Counted from the stretch's first letter, positions 37,044 through 50,028 are shown. The stretch: DNA of 64,000 nt from Felis catus (GCF_018350175.1 NC_058374.1:141856001-141920000); one strand, 5' to 3'. Notes: generated from the sequence alone by a model not told the origin. Numbers and translations are program-made.

Positions 37044-37572
37044 CATGCATGAGCAGGGGAGGGACAGAGAGAATCCTGAGCAGGCTCCATACTGCCAGCA
37101 TGGAGCCTGACGCGGGGCTCAAACTCATTAACTGTGAGATTATGACCTGAGCCAAAACCAAGATTTGGATGATTAACCGATTGAGCCACCCAGGAGCTCC
37201 TACTTTCTAACTCTTTAATTTGTAACCATCCTAGTGGATGTGAAGTGGTACCTCACTGCAGTCTTGATTAGCATTTCCCTAATGATGTTGAGCATCTTTT
37301 CATGTGCTTGCTGGTCATTTATGTATCTTCTTTAGAGCAATGCCTATTCAGGATCTTTGCCTATTAAAAAAAAAAATGGGTTGTTGGGCGCCTAGGTGGC
37401 TCAGTCGGTTAAGTGTCTGACTTCGGCTCAGGTCATAATCTCAAGGTTCGTGAGTTCGAGCCCCGCATCGGGGCTCTGTGCTGACAGCTCAGAGCCTGGA
37501 GCCTGCTTCAGATTCTATGTCTCCCTCTCTCTCTGAACCTCCCAGCTCACACTCTGCCTCTCAAAAATAAAC

Positions 37573-37725
37573 NNNNNNNNNNNNNNNNNNNNNNNNNNNN
37601 NNNNNNNNNNNNNNNNNNNNNNNNNNNNNNNNNNNNNNNNNNNNNNNNNNNNNNNNNNNNNNNNNNNNNNNNNNNNNNNNNNNNNNNNNNNNNNNNNNNN
37701 NNNNNNNNNNNNNNNNNNNNNNNNN
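37573..37725. other. Assembly gap (N)
   Basis: Run of N. Confidence 0.99.
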
Positions 37726-38332
37726 TATGTTTCATTGCAATCTAGTTTATCTATTTTTTTCTTATTTTGTTCATTTTTATTGCTGTCATATCTAAGAATC
37801 CATTGTTAAATCCAAGGTCATGAATGTTTATCCTTATGCTTTTCTTCTAAGAGTTTTATGGTTTTATCTCTTATAACTTAGATTGTTGTTCCATTTTAAT
37901 TTTTTTTTTTTATACAGCATGAGGTAGGGGTCCAACTTATTCTTTTGCATGTGGATATCCAGCTATCCCGGCACCATTTATCAAGGAGACCATTGTCTCT
38001 CCATTGAAAAGCCCTTGCACCCTTGCCAAAAATCAACTGGCCACAGATGCATGGATTTATTTCTGGACTTTCACTTCTATTCCATTGGTCTATATGTTTG
38101 TCCTTGTGCCAATACCACACTGTTTTGAATACTGTAGATTTGTACTAAGTTTGGAGTTGAGAAGTGTGAGCTCTTTAATTTTATTCTTTTCAAGATTGTT
38201 TTGGTTATTTGAGGCCTCTTGCAATTCCATATGAATCTGAGGGTTGGTTTTTCCATTTCTACAAAAGTGAGCATTGGAATTTTGATAGAGGTTGCATTGA
38301 ATCTATAGGTCACTGTAGGTAGTATCGACATC

Positions 38333-38368
<36 letters not shown>

Positions 38369-41300
38369 TTATTTTAGAGAGAGAGTGCATGCATGAGTTG
38401 GGGAGAGGGGCAGAGTGAGAGACAGAGAATCCCAAGCAGACCCCACACTCAAGTGTGGGGCCTGACATTGGGCTTGATCCCATGAACTGCGAGATCATGA
38501 CCCAAGCTGAAATCAAGAATCAGATGCTTAACTGACTGAGCCACCCAGGCGCCCTGGTAGTACTGACATCTTAGCAATAGTAAGTCCTCCAATCCATGAG
38601 TATGGGATGGCCTTCCATTTACTTAGGTCTTTAATTTCTTTCAGCAAAATGTTTGTAGTTTTCAGCATACAAGTCTTTCACTTCCTTGGTTAGATTTATT
38701 ACCAAGTATTTAATTCTTTTATTTAAAAAAATTTTTTTAAGTTATTTACTTTGAGTGACAGAGAGAGCAGAGGAGGGGGAGAGAGAGAGAGAGACAGAGA
38801 GAGAGAGACAGAGAGAATCCCAGAAGGCTCCATGCTGACAGCGCGGAGCCCATTGTGGGGCTCAAACCCACGAACTGCGAGATCATGACCCAAGCTGAAA
38901 CTAAGTCAGATGCTTAACCGACTGAACTACCCAGGCACCTCTAAATCTGGGACTTATATCTTCTAAGCCTTAAAACTTATTCTAGGTTTATTTATACATA
39001 CATAAAAATACATGTATACTTTTAACTTATAAATATTATATAATGTTGTATTCTCTTTTATATAATTTCTGATGATAAATATTTCCTGCTTTTACAAAAT
39101 TCCAATGATAGAGAAACGCTACATTTGGTGAGGTTTGCTGCTCTCCACCATCTCATGTATTCTCCATTTGGAATTATGTCATCATGTCACTGTGCTTTTC
39201 TTCCACTAAATGTTTTACAAAGGGCACCCTGGTGGCCAGGGCGCTGTCCAGCTTTGTTCAGGCTCAGTGACCAGGCAGTGCTGGGGTTTTCTATGAGCAG
39301 CTACAGTGGATCAGCTCATATGTGGATGCATTTTCTGCTCCCAGGCGCCCAGTGCACGGATAGTGGTGACAGCTGATAGGAAGGAGACCCCTCCATTCCC
39401 GTTTTGTACCGTCTGAGGAAACAAGCTTCAGGTACCAGGCATGAAGCCGTCTCTCTTCCTTTTGTAGACTGGAGAAGGGTTTCTGCCTCAACAGGAGGCC
39501 ACTAAAGGTCAGACCTTCTAGGGATCTACTTTGTTCATGTTTGCTTTTTACCTTGATGGTAATTTTGATACTCACTCTGTCTCATAGTACAACTATAACA
39601 ATTACTTTCATTTCACAATTTGTGTAGGTGACTTCATGTTCTGTCACCTTTCCGGTGGTACTACATTTTTACTCTCTCTGGGAAGTTAGGAGGGCAAATC
39701 TCCCCCAACTTAGGGAGGGAACATTTCCTCAGTCACCTTCCCAACAGGGAGTTTCTCCATGCCACAGAGTTTTGCCTTCCACCTGGATTTTGACAAAGGG
39801 AGGTGTTTTCTTTTCGCAGAGGATGGGACTAGACCCTTCCTTGGTCACCTGTGTGCCACCAAGACCCATCATGGTCCTTGACACCTTGTGAAACTGATTG
39901 GGATGACTTTCTGTGCTGGTTCCTCCCCACCACGGCACCCTAAGGTATCACTTGGTGGACACTTCTGTTCTCTGGCAGCAGCCTGGGGCCCTGACTAACA
40001 ACGGGTGTCTTCAGAAGCTAGGCAGAAATGCCTGATGAGGTGCTGTGGCCTGTAAGGTGCAGGTGGGTATTCCATCTCCATTCTTTCTAGGTCTCTGGAC
40101 CCCAAACAACCAAGAGGTAGAGCCTAGGACTGGGACAGGAATAAGGGCAGTGCCCATAAAGCCTGACACCAAACTGAGGTCCACCTTAAGGCATGGGCAC
40201 ACCTTCCACCCTCTTACTGTCATCTAATATGCTCAGGGGAGCTGGGAAGCGATCAGATGGGTGAGGTACCTGAGTTCTAGCAGAGCGCAGGCTGGGTGCC
40301 AGGGATGCTCCTTGGCCATCTCACTGCCTGAGGGAGAAGTCCTGTGTCCTGGAGGAAGGAACAAGTACATGTTATGAGGGCCCTGCCTTTGTCCCAGAGG
40401 CTCCTGGCTCTTATTCATATCTGGGTTCTACCTGTCCCAAGACTTATTCCTGAGATCAGCTTAAGTGTGAAGCAGACGGAGGAGACATGGCTCCTTAGCT
40501 GAGAAACCAAACTGAAGGAGGCCAGGCACATGCCCGAGGGGGCTGAGTTTCAGTGAAGAGGCTGGGGCGGAGTGATTTGGCGAAGATGACGGAAGGCCAA
40601 GGAATGAGATGGGACACCCAGAAATCAGGTTGATAGAGTACCTGGGTTCAGACGAGGGTCTCTGAGTGATCCTGGTGGCTGGCTGATGATGTACCAGGGG
40701 TAACAGCAGTCTGAGCTTAGGGTTCTGTGGGGGCACCAGGAGAGAGGTGTTGGAGCAGTCAAGATGGCCCACAGGGTGCAGGGGGAGGCCTAGGAGGCTC
40801 CAGAAAGGGCAGGTGGGTTCTAATAAGACAGGCTAATAAAGAGAAAAATACAACTTTTGGATTTTCTTTATTTTGTTCATTTTCCCCCCTCTCGACAGCT
40901 TAGAAAATTCCTTTGGAAAACTATCCCATCTCTGCTGAACTCAGGGTAAGGGAGGTCCAGAGGCTGCCGGAGGAGGGGAGGCGGGGCCTTCAGCCTTGGC
41001 CCCTCTCACGCACCCCTATACATCCTGGGAGACAATAGTGCAAATCTCTACTTCACACCTGAGGTGACAGGAGGTTGCACTTTCTAAGGCAGAGCTTCCT
41101 GTCAGGACACCATGCCCTCCGTGGTCTCTCTCAGAGGCCAGCCTGCAGGGTTGGCACCGTGGAGTATGTGCCCGACCACCCCTCCCCCACTGGCCCACAG
41201 TGGAATTGTCTTCTTGGGTTTCTGGTAATTTCATCAGGGCTGCATCATGTTGCCAAAGCTACAGATAGCATCTCACTATGCTCTTCCCTAACAGAGCCTC

Positions 41301-41752
41301 TGAGGCTGGACACAGGCTGAGAGTTGGAACAATAGGGTGGAGATCTGGGGGGCTGTGAGGGTCTGTGAGGGTCTGGGATACCGGAACAGCTTTGGGGAAC
41401 GGTGTCACTCGCCACTGGAACCTGTGGAAAAAGGAGAAGGGGCGGGTTTGCCTGCAGAGGCCCCTGAGCTCCTGGAGCTCTTGTGCATTATGTTGTCTCC
41501 GGACAGCTCCACCTAGACAAACCCCCAATCTGGGTGTGGGCGAAGAGACACCCCCCCGCCCCGCTCAGGCCAGGCAGAGAGACTGTCCCCCAGCACAGGT
41601 CCACCTTAACTGGGCAGCCCTGTGGGCGGGGCGCATTGTTGATGCCTGTGCAGACAGCAGTCCAGGCCCGAGTGTGGGACAGACTTACAGGCAGCACTCC
41701 AAGCTTCCAGCCTGCGACCCAGCTCCTCACGCTGAGTCTGCAGCCCCGCACC

Positions 41753-44700
41753 ATGGTCCAGGGGGCCTCGGAGCCTGATGGCCCCGGCTGGGGCTGGGAT
41801 GGGGAGGATGACTGGGACAGCGCTGTCCTCACCCTGCTGGCGCTGGCTGTGGTGGCTGCCACGGCACTGGCTTTGCACTGGTTTGGCTCTGGGCAGGACC
41901 AGGAGGCGGCAGGACCTGCATCCACGACCCCCGGGGCCCAGCCTTCTCAGGCTGGAGGAGCCAGCCCAGCCCTGCCCCTGCAGCCCAAGGTCAGTGGTGG
42001 CGTCGAGGGACACAGCTCAGGGCAGGGGCAGCCAGACCCTCCAGGACGTGGCCAGGGGAGTCCAGCTGCAGCAGGGGCCCAAGATCAGGAGCTCCGGGGA
42101 GGTGGCCTGGCTGCCACAGCGGCACCTCCACTCAAGACACCCGGCGAGGTGGCCAGTGGAGGGGCCTTGGAACGGCAGCACGACAGTGCCACTCCGGAAG
42201 CCCTGCGAGGTAAAGGAAGGGAGCCTCTCAGGCCAGATACTGCCTTCCTGGGTCGGAGCAAAGTAGGGGGGACATCCGGCCCCCTCCTGATACACTTCAC
42301 CCCTCGGAGTCCTGGCAGAGAGACTGAAGGGCAAGTGGAGGCAGGAGGTGTTCGAGCCAAGGTGCCAGCTCACCAGGCCCTGGTCCACACAGCAGAACAG
42401 GACACCAGCCCCTGGCAACAAGGTGTAGGGCCACCTGGCTCGCTAGAGAGAGGCCGAAGAAGCCGGCGGTGGCAGGTGGACCAAGGCTCGGAAGATAGAC
42501 ACCGCCGCCTCCCAAAGCTGGACCCCCTCCGCCTGGGCTCTGTGGTGAGTGTGTGGGATGCCGTGGATGCAGCCAGCAGCCTCTCCACAGGCTCCCAGAG
42601 GCCTCCTCTCCCCTTGGAGCTGCCTCCACCACGTGCCACGCAGACTGGGCCCTTGACAGAGGGCACAGTGAAGGGGCACAGGGAGAGCAGCCTCCATCCA
42701 GCCTCAGTCCTAGCTCTGGAGAGCAGGGAGGCTGGGCCCCAGGCTCCCAGGGAGTCTCAGGGACCCCCAGCCTCCGTGGAAGGCTGGCCGTGGGAGAGGA
42801 GCTTCGTCCAGACCCCAGACTCCATGGGCCCATGGCCAGAGGGGTCGCAATGCGGACATCCACTCTTGTCTCAAGGACGGGGGACCGCAGACGCCAGCAA
42901 TGCGGTAAAGGCTGGGGCTCAAGGCTCTGGAGACCGCTCTTTCTTCAGCTCAGGGCCGGGTGGGGCAGAGCAGCAACGGGGCCATGGCCTCCTAGAAGGG
43001 AGACCATCTTGGCAAGGCCAGCGCGGGCAGAGCATCGGGCAGGAGGCAGGCAGTCTGGACACAGAAAAGCGCCCCCCAGACACCCCTGGCTCAGCCACGC
43101 TCTCCCCGCGCATCCCTAAACCCCTCCCGCCCTTGGCTTCCCCGCCCACAGCACATCCCCACGGAGGCCTCTTACCTGCAGGCTCAACCCTTCCGACCTC
43201 CTCTCCTTCAGACTCTTTGTCCCTCAGAGTTAGTCAGGGTTCTGCCGAGGATGAAACTCTCAGGGCAGTGTCAGCCCCAGCCCCAGCCCCAGCCCCAGCC
43301 CCTGCCCCTGCCCCTGCTCCAACTCCGCCCTCCTCCCCAGCCCCAGCCCCAGCCCCTGCCCCTGCCCCTGCTCCAACTCCGCCCTCCTCCCCAGCCCCTG
43401 CCCCAGCCCCAGCCCCAGTTCCGACCCCTGTCCGGAGTAGTGAGTCAAGGCCTATGTCCCAGGAGCCCAGTGTGGCTCTCTGCAAGGACAACCAGGAAGG
43501 GCAGATCTCATCTAGCTGGGAAAACCTTATTTCGATGGTTCTTAGGAGTCACCCTTTCCCCAGGCAAGAGAGGCGCCAAGGGAGAGCCCCAAGGGCAGCT
43601 CCCAGGAGCCCTAGAGATCCCAGCACTGATGCACCCTCTGAGAACAGAGAGTCTGGTTCTCCCCCCGAAGGGGCCGCCACCAGCCTGGAGGTCAGGAATG
43701 GCTCCGCCGTTGGAATGGTCACAGAAGCTGGCACAGGGGGCCTGCCTGAGGCTGGGTGTCCGCAACAGCAGAGAAGCTCGGATACCAGGGAGGCTCCTAC
43801 TCCAGACCCTCCCTCAGGCCCAAGGCCAGATGCAGTGGATGAGAGACATCCAGACTCCCCACTGCCTGGAGCCGCAATGCCTGGGGCCCCATCACGGTCC
43901 CCTGGGCAGAGGCAACCCAGCCCTGTACCCTCCCCCACCGCTAGGGGGGTCTCACAGCCTGTCCCACGGCCCCGGAAACGCAGCATGTGTGAAATAGCAG
44001 AGAGCTCTGAGCGGGAGGTCAGCCAGATGGTACCACTGAGGCAGGAGGGAGAGGCTCCAGGGGAGAGGCCCCGCCCTGCAGGCAGCGGGGCAGTCCTCAC
44101 AGAAAAGCAGGAGGCCCGAAAACTCAAGGTGCTTCTGCAGAGGCCCGGGAGCCGGGGGGTGGCGGAGGGGCCTCGGAAGCCCAGCTCCCTAGCCCGGGAG
44201 CCCACTCTGGCCGCGGCTCGACGACAGCGGCTGGACCTGGGCAGCTGCCTGGATGTACTGGCCTTTGCCCAGCAGCACGGGCAGCCTGGCCTGGTGCAGG
44301 AGACCTATGCGCTGATGAGCGACAATCTGCTGCACGTGCTAGGAGACCCGGGCCTCTACCGGCAGCTGAGCGGGGCCGAGCGGGAGCGCATCCTGAGCCT
44401 TCGGACGGGCCGGGGCCAGGCGGTGGTGGGGGTCCTTGTGCTGCCCAGCCTCTACCCGCTGAGCCGCTCGGGGCTCACAAGGGGCCCTTGTGGGGAGGAG
44501 GCCCCTACGGCGGGACCCGCACCCCTGCCTCCTCGCACGCACCTGCACGTGTTCAACCCCCAAGAAAACACATGGCGGCCCCTGACACAGGTGCCGGAGG
44601 AGGCCCCGCTGCGGGGCTGTGGCCTCTGCACCATGCACAACTACCTGTTCCTGGCGGGGGGCATCCGCGGCTCCGGTGCCAAGGCTGTCTGCTCCAACGA

Positions 44701-45364
44701 GGTCTTCTGCTACAACCCACTGACCAACATCTGGAGCCAGGTGCGGCCCATGCAGCAGGCCCGTGCCCAGCTCAAGCTGGTGGCCCTGGATGGGCTTCTT
44801 TACGCCATCGGTGGAGAGTGCCTGTACAGCATGGAGCGCTATGACCCGCGCACGGATGCCTGGACCTCGCGCGCGCCCCTCCCTGCGGGCACCTTCCCTG
44901 TGGCACACGAGGCTGTGGCCTGCCGTGGGGACATCTATGTCACTGGGGGCCACCTCTTCTACCGCTTGCTCAGGTACAGCCCTGCGAAGGATGCGTGGGA
45001 TGAGTGCCCCTACAGTGCCAGCCACCGGCGTCCCAGCGACATGGTGGCATTGGGAGGTTTCCTGTACCGCTTCGACCTGCTGCGGGGTGTGGGCGCTGCG
45101 GTGATGCGCTACAACACTGTAACGGGCTCCTGGAGCCGGGCTGCCTCCCTGCCCCTGCCCGACCCGGCCCCCCTGCACTGCACCGCACTGGGCAACACCA
45201 TTTACTGCCTCAACCACCAGGTCACCGCCACCTTTACGGTCTCTGAGGGGACTGCCCAGTTCCAGGCCAGGGAGTTGCAACCCTTTCCTCTGGGGAGTAA
45301 GGGGGTCCTCTGTCCATTCATCTTGACTCTGCCTGCCACCGACCGGCTGCAAACAGCCCTCTGA
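41753..45364 (+). CDS. KLHDC7B: Kelch domain-containing protein 7B, intronless long isoform (1203 aa); a short isoform could start at ATG 43535 (MVLRSHPFPRQ, 609 aa)
   Basis: Strong Kozak gcaccATGG; N-terminal hydrophobic segment SAVLTLLALAVVAATALALHWF; long low-complexity middle; C-terminal kelch repeats (YLFLAGG, LYAIGG, IYVTGG); syntenic position. Confidence 0.93.
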   Translation: MVQGASEPDGPGWGWDGEDDWDSAVLTLLALAVVAATALALHWFGSGQDQEAAGPASTTPGAQPSQAGGASPALPLQPKVSGGVEGHSSGQGQPDPPGRGQGSPAAAGAQDQELRGGGLAATAAPPLKTPGEVASGGALERQHDSATPEALRGKGREPLRPDTAFLGRSKVGGTSGPLLIHFTPRSPGRETEGQVEAGGVRAKVPAHQALVHTAEQDTSPWQQGVGPPGSLERGRRSRRWQVDQGSEDRHRRLPKLDPLRLGSVVSVWDAVDAASSLSTGSQRPPLPLELPPPRATQTGPLTEGTVKGHRESSLHPASVLALESREAGPQAPRESQGPPASVEGWPWERSFVQTPDSMGPWPEGSQCGHPLLSQGRGTADASNAVKAGAQGSGDRSFFSSGPGGAEQQRGHGLLEGRPSWQGQRGQSIGQEAGSLDTEKRPPDTPGSATLSPRIPKPLPPLASPPTAHPHGGLLPAGSTLPTSSPSDSLSLRVSQGSAEDETLRAVSAPAPAPAPAPAPAPAPTPPSSPAPAPAPAPAPAPTPPSSPAPAPAPAPVPTPVRSSESRPMSQEPSVALCKDNQEGQISSSWENLISMVLRSHPFPRQERRQGRAPRAAPRSPRDPSTDAPSENRESGSPPEGAATSLEVRNGSAVGMVTEAGTGGLPEAGCPQQQRSSDTREAPTPDPPSGPRPDAVDERHPDSPLPGAAMPGAPSRSPGQRQPSPVPSPTARGVSQPVPRPRKRSMCEIAESSEREVSQMVPLRQEGEAPGERPRPAGSGAVLTEKQEARKLKVLLQRPGSRGVAEGPRKPSSLAREPTLAAARRQRLDLGSCLDVLAFAQQHGQPGLVQETYALMSDNLLHVLGDPGLYRQLSGAERERILSLRTGRGQAVVGVLVLPSLYPLSRSGLTRGPCGEEAPTAGPAPLPPRTHLHVFNPQENTWRPLTQVPEEAPLRGCGLCTMHNYLFLAGGIRGSGAKAVCSNEVFCYNPLTNIWSQVRPMQQARAQLKLVALDGLLYAIGGECLYSMERYDPRTDAWTSRAPLPAGTFPVAHEAVACRGDIYVTGGHLFYRLLRYSPAKDAWDECPYSASHRRPSDMVALGGFLYRFDLLRGVGAAVMRYNTVTGSWSRAASLPLPDPAPLHCTALGNTIYCLNHQVTATFTVSEGTAQFQARELQPFPLGSKGVLCPFILTLPATDRLQTAL
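43273..43420 (+). repeat. Coding Pro-Ala repeat with a 54-bp tandem duplication in KLHDC7B
   Basis: (GCCCCA/T)n hexamers; CTCCAACTCC recurs at 43317 and 43371. Confidence 0.9.
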
Positions 45365-45677
45365 GCTGCTGCTCTCTAGGGAGACCCTGGGCCTGGGGGT
45401 CTGAGGGCAAGCGGAGCACAGGAGGTGGCTGGCAGAACCTTCTGCTGTTGTTTCTGGGACAGCTTTGTTTTTCTGTTCTAATAAGGCTCGTGATCTCCCC
45501 CTTCCCTACCCCCTTCCCTGAAAGAGCCCTCTCCCCCTGGAGCTCAGGCTCCTTGCATCTGGTTAGAAGCCGGCTTCTAACCTTCCCACCACAGCATGCT
45601 GTTTACTGCCTTTTCCGCTTAGTTCTTGCCCTGACGCCTCAGCTGGCTCACACAGCCCAGCCCCTCCTCCAGGGGGC

Positions 45678-45715
45678 TCCTCCTCCTCCTCCTCCTCCTC
45701 CTCCTCCTCCTCCTC
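45678..45715. repeat. (CCT)n microsatellite in the KLHDC7B 3' region
   Basis: About 12 CCT units. Confidence 0.9.
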
Positions 45716-46677
45716 CCCTTCTCTGGGCTCCCAGGAGCCAGGTTCCCTCTTGCAGCACTGCACTGCCTGGAAAAATCTGTGTGGGGGTCCCTCTGGTGCT
45801 TTGAGAGCCAGGGACCGATGCGTCCTTGAAGACCAGGATTTGGCCTGCAGAGGGGCTGAATGACTGCTGAGCCAAGGAAGGAGGTGGCTAGAGAGATAGT
45901 CATACTTCTCCGTTCTGTCCCTAGGGCTCCAAGCTGGGCAAGAGGTCTGTAGGGGAATGGGACAGGGGAACAAGGAACAGAGAGTCCCCAGAAAAATGTT
46001 CTTGCCTCAGGCCTTGGGAGCCTGGTTTGGGTCTTCCTGGGAAAAACTCTGTAGCCCTCCTTTGTCCGATTGGTCCCCAGAGGCCTGGAACCCTTGCCTG
46101 TGAAACTGTTCTGCTGACTGTAGCCCCTGCCTGTAACCACTTGGGCTCATGCCCCTCTACAGCCTGTGGGGTCTCTCCCCCCCGCTTTGCCCCTCCAGAA
46201 GCAGCCTCACTTCCCACCACCCCCTGTTCTTACGTGAGACCCAGGTTTCACCTGAGCTCTTTCCCTTGTTAGCTGCGGACTTAGCCGAGACATCTGATTC
46301 CATTCTTCTCATCTGTGTAGTGGGGAAAATGAACATCTGTTACTCAGGAGAGCTATGAGGGCATAAGGACACATGTGAGCGCCTAGCGCAGTGCCCAGGA
46401 TGAATAGATCATGTTCCCCTTTACTCATTTTGGAATCCATCACAGGAAGGTAAATAAATCTGACTGAACACTGCTGCCTGTCCCACCGTGTGCCCTGGTT
46501 TGCCCCATCTGGCCCTTTTCGTTTTGCTTTTTATTCCATCCTTGGTACTACTGGCACTAAATACGTTTAATTCATTGAAAGCATCTACATCTTACGATTC
46601 TCATTTTTTTGCTCACAAGGCTCGCTATGCTGCTGGGTAGGACAGAAAGGGGTCCTCAGGTTGCTCTTAAAAATAAG

Positions 46678-46683
46678 TTTATT
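46678..46683 (-). terminator. SYCE3 polyadenylation signal (AATAAA)
   Basis: tttatt on +, about 130 nt beyond the stop. Confidence 0.7.
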
Positions 46684-46815
46684 GAAAAACAAGTACAGTT
46701 CATACAGCTATATATTACGGTTGCTGTTACTCTGCCAAGCAGAGAGGGCTCTGTGTCCCCGGGGCTTCTCCACACTGGCAGGCAGAAGCACGGTGGCCGT
46801 GGGTGGGCAGGGGGC

Positions 46816-46973
46816 CTACTGTTTGTGCTTGGTCTCAGTGAGCAGCTCTTGCCAGTTCTTCTCCATCTCCTCCTTACAGTTGAGGAAGGCATCCTCCAGC
46901 CGGCGCATGGACTCCGCCAGTGTGGGGTTGGTGCGCATCACCACCATGTCGTAGGCCATCCATGTGGCTTGCA
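46816..46973 (-). CDS. SYCE3: Synaptonemal complex central element protein 3, last coding exon only
   Basis: After ttgttgcag acceptor: (V)QATWMAYDMVVMRTNPTLAESMRRLEDAFLNCKEEMEKNWQELLTETKHKQ*; 158 nt, phase 1. Confidence 0.93.
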
Positions 46974-48722
46974 CTGCAACAACCAGATGGGCCCTGATCA
47001 GGCTACCGAATGGGGCTGTGGCTCTGAGCACTCCAGGGAGGGCCAGATGCCTCCAGCCATGCTAAGCATCCCAGGGACCAGATCCTGCTGAGTTGCTGGT
47101 AGGCTACACGTTATAGGGTTCATAAAAACCACTATTAAAACTTCTTCCTACACAGAGCACTACTGACACTTCCCTGATCTCACACAAGTCTTAACTTCTG
47201 GATACATCAGCCCGTGATGCTAAGACTGGAGGCCTGTCTGATATAAAATATTAGGACCATTTAGAGCAAACTCAGGTCCTTACCTATCTGCAGTTTACAG
47301 CTAGTGGTTGCAGGGTGAACCCTGAGGGGTCGTAACACCCATCCAAGCTCACATGCTCAAGTAGGACTGATTATTCCTACTCCTGCAAAGCCCTGAGCCT
47401 CATGTTACCTTACGCAGAGTGGCCTGGGATGCCTGCCCACTTCTGTCTGGGTACCTCTGTGCTTTCATTAAGGCCAGCCCAGGGACTCCTCCTTCTGGAA
47501 AGGTTTGCTGCATCCCATGTTAGGTGTCCTTTGGTGCTCGCCACTGCACTGAGTTTCTTGCTGTTTCCCATCAAGAGCTACTCGAGGGCTTATAGGTGAA
47601 CACGTGCTTCTTATACAAATTCAACGGAAGTCTGCAGAAACCTCATCTCTCTGCAGCACCCACCACACTGGTGTGGTCCTACCCTCTATAATTACAAAGA
47701 ACAAAGGTCATCTCCCTTCCACATGACAGCCAACCACAGTACATATATCTCCCCCTTAAAACTGCTCTTTGCTGGGCTAAAACATACTGGACACTTTGGG
47801 GAACTATGTCCTCAAGGAAATTAACCAAAGAGGAGATAAGCAAATAATAATAACACATGAATATCTACATACAACCAAGGTCAGCAGCAATGACAGACTT
47901 GATGTTTTACAGAAAGTAACATGTTTGGTTAAGGAAAAATTGTTAGAAAAGCTATGTGCGGTATCTTAACAGAGGGCATATAGTTATATGGCGTGTACAG
48001 GAATTCTTGAACTTTTGGATGTATGAGAGTCACTTGGGACACCTTTTAAAATGTAGATCACTGGCCGCTCCCACAACTCAGAGGGTCTTGTCTAACATGT
48101 TGTGAATGGTGCCCAGGAACCTGAATTTTAACAAGGAGACCACCCTTATAGGCTGCCTGGACAGCAGGTGCAGCATGTACCTGGGAGTCAGAACAGTTTG
48201 CTTTCTGGCTCTCTCTACTTGCTACCTGTGTGCCCACAAACAAGTGACTTAAGTTCACCAACCTCATTTGTAAAGGAGAGACAACATCCCAGTCTCACAG
48301 CTGGCTATGATTAAATGGACGATATGTAAAATGCCTAGCACATATTATGGTGTTCAAGACAGGAGAAACCCTTACCGTAAAATAAATAAGAGGTATTCAG
48401 GGCAAAGAGAGTGGGTAAGAAATAAAAATTCAGAAGGAAAAAAGAGCTTGCAGAAATGAGTCTCATACGGTTCCACACAGCAGTTGGAATTCTAGCTCTG
48501 AATTTCCTAAGGCGAAAGCAGGGGAAACATGCTCAGATTTGAAACTCGGTGGCCATAAAATAAAAACAAACCCATGAAGGACACCTGGGTGGCTCAGTCA
48601 GTTGAGCAGTTGAGTGTTCAACTGCGGCTCAGGTCATGACCTCACGGTTCCTGAGTTCAAGCCCCACATTGGGCTCGTTGCTGTCAGCGTGGAGCCCGCT
48701 TTGGATCCTGTGTCTCCCTCTC

Positions 48723-48861
48723 NNNNNNNNNNNNNNNNNNNNNNNNNNNNNNNNNNNNNNNNNNNNNNNNNNNNNNNNNNNNNNNNNNNNNNNNNNNNNN
48801 NNNNNNNNNNNNNNNNNNNNNNNNNNNNNNNNNNNNNNNNNNNNNNNNNNNNNNNNNNNNN
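48723..48861. other. Assembly gap (N)
   Basis: Run of N. Confidence 0.99.
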
Positions 48862-49997
48862 TCGGTTAACTCAGCTCAGCGTCTGACTTCCACTCAGGTC
48901 ATGATCTTGTGGTTCATGGGTTCAAGCCCCACATCAGGCTCTGTGCTGACAGCTCAGAGTCTGGAGCCTGCTTCTGTGTCTCCCTCTCTCTCTGCCCCTC
49001 CCTCACTTGTGCTTTTTCTCTCTCTCAAAAATAAATAAACAAAACAACCATTAGATGCTTTTATCCTAAGAAAAAAAGTTCTTATAGGTATATTCTATGA
49101 GAAGCATATAATATAGTTGAAAATGTCCTTGACAACATCTCTACTTGAAATACAAAGTGATTCTTCTATGGCTATTTTTGTAATCACTGGTAAAAGAAAG
49201 CTGTTGGCATATTGCCAAAGCACAGTCCAGAAAAGGCAATTCAATGAGACACCAAAACACTATATCAAGAGCAAAGCCCTTTTTAATTTGATCCAAGGAA
49301 GAAAATTCAGAATGCATAGAAAAGAAAGAACTCATGATCATCAGAAGATCCTCGAGAAATGCACATCTCTTGAGTTTTTCATTCATTCAATATTTATTGA
49401 GCACCTTTGTGTTGGCATTTTGCTAAGGCACTCCTGCTCTCCTGGCAATATAGCAATATGCAAGATAGACACACCCCACCTTCAGGAAGTGTCTATAGGG
49501 GCCATGGGAGGTAGAATAAACACACAAGACAATCACAGGTTGGGAAGGGTGCTGTACGGCAATAAGCAGCATGTGTTGGGACAGAGAAATGGAGTAGGAG
49601 GAGTCTTTAAACCAGATGGTAAGGGCAGGCTCTCTCTCAGAGCTTTTGGTAAGGCCTGCACTTTAGCAAAGCCAAGGTCATAATCTCTGGAAAAGCCTGA
49701 ACAGCAGATATTCTAAGAAGCCAACTAGGGCTCACCTGATACACTACCTGCTGGGTAGGACTAAAATCCTCATACAGAAATCAAGAAAAAACAGCCAAGA
49801 TGTGGGGCACCTGGGTGGCTCAGTCGGTTAAGTGCCTGACTCTTGATTTCAATTTAGGTCATGATCTCAGGGTTCATGGGTTTAAGCCCTGCTTCGGGCT
49901 CTGTGATGCTGGTATGGAGCCTGCCTGGGATCCCCTCCCCGCCCTCCCCTTCCCTGTTCATACATGTATGCACTCTCTCTCTCTCAAAATAAATGAG

Positions 49998-50028
<31 letters not shown>

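Larger units (their letters stand above)
36300..38720 (-). mobile_element. Old LINE-1 (ORF2 C-terminal part and 3' end) interrupted by several Can-SINEs and a gap
   Basis: Translations [19 protein letters not shown]...FIWNCKRP and [14 protein letters not shown]...PEINP...LIFGKG are L1 ORF2-like. Confidence 0.88.

Noticed and set aside
40501-40515. ISRE-like GAAACCAAACTG upstream of KLHDC7B
   Set aside because: One base short of canonical spacing; not distinguishable from chance without data
44339-45352. 337-aa antisense ORF
   Set aside because: Shadow frame of the GC3-rich KLHDC7B kelch region
49117-49683. 188-aa ORF in AT-rich DNA
   Set aside because: TTG start, overlaps an L2-like fragment, no recognisable homology
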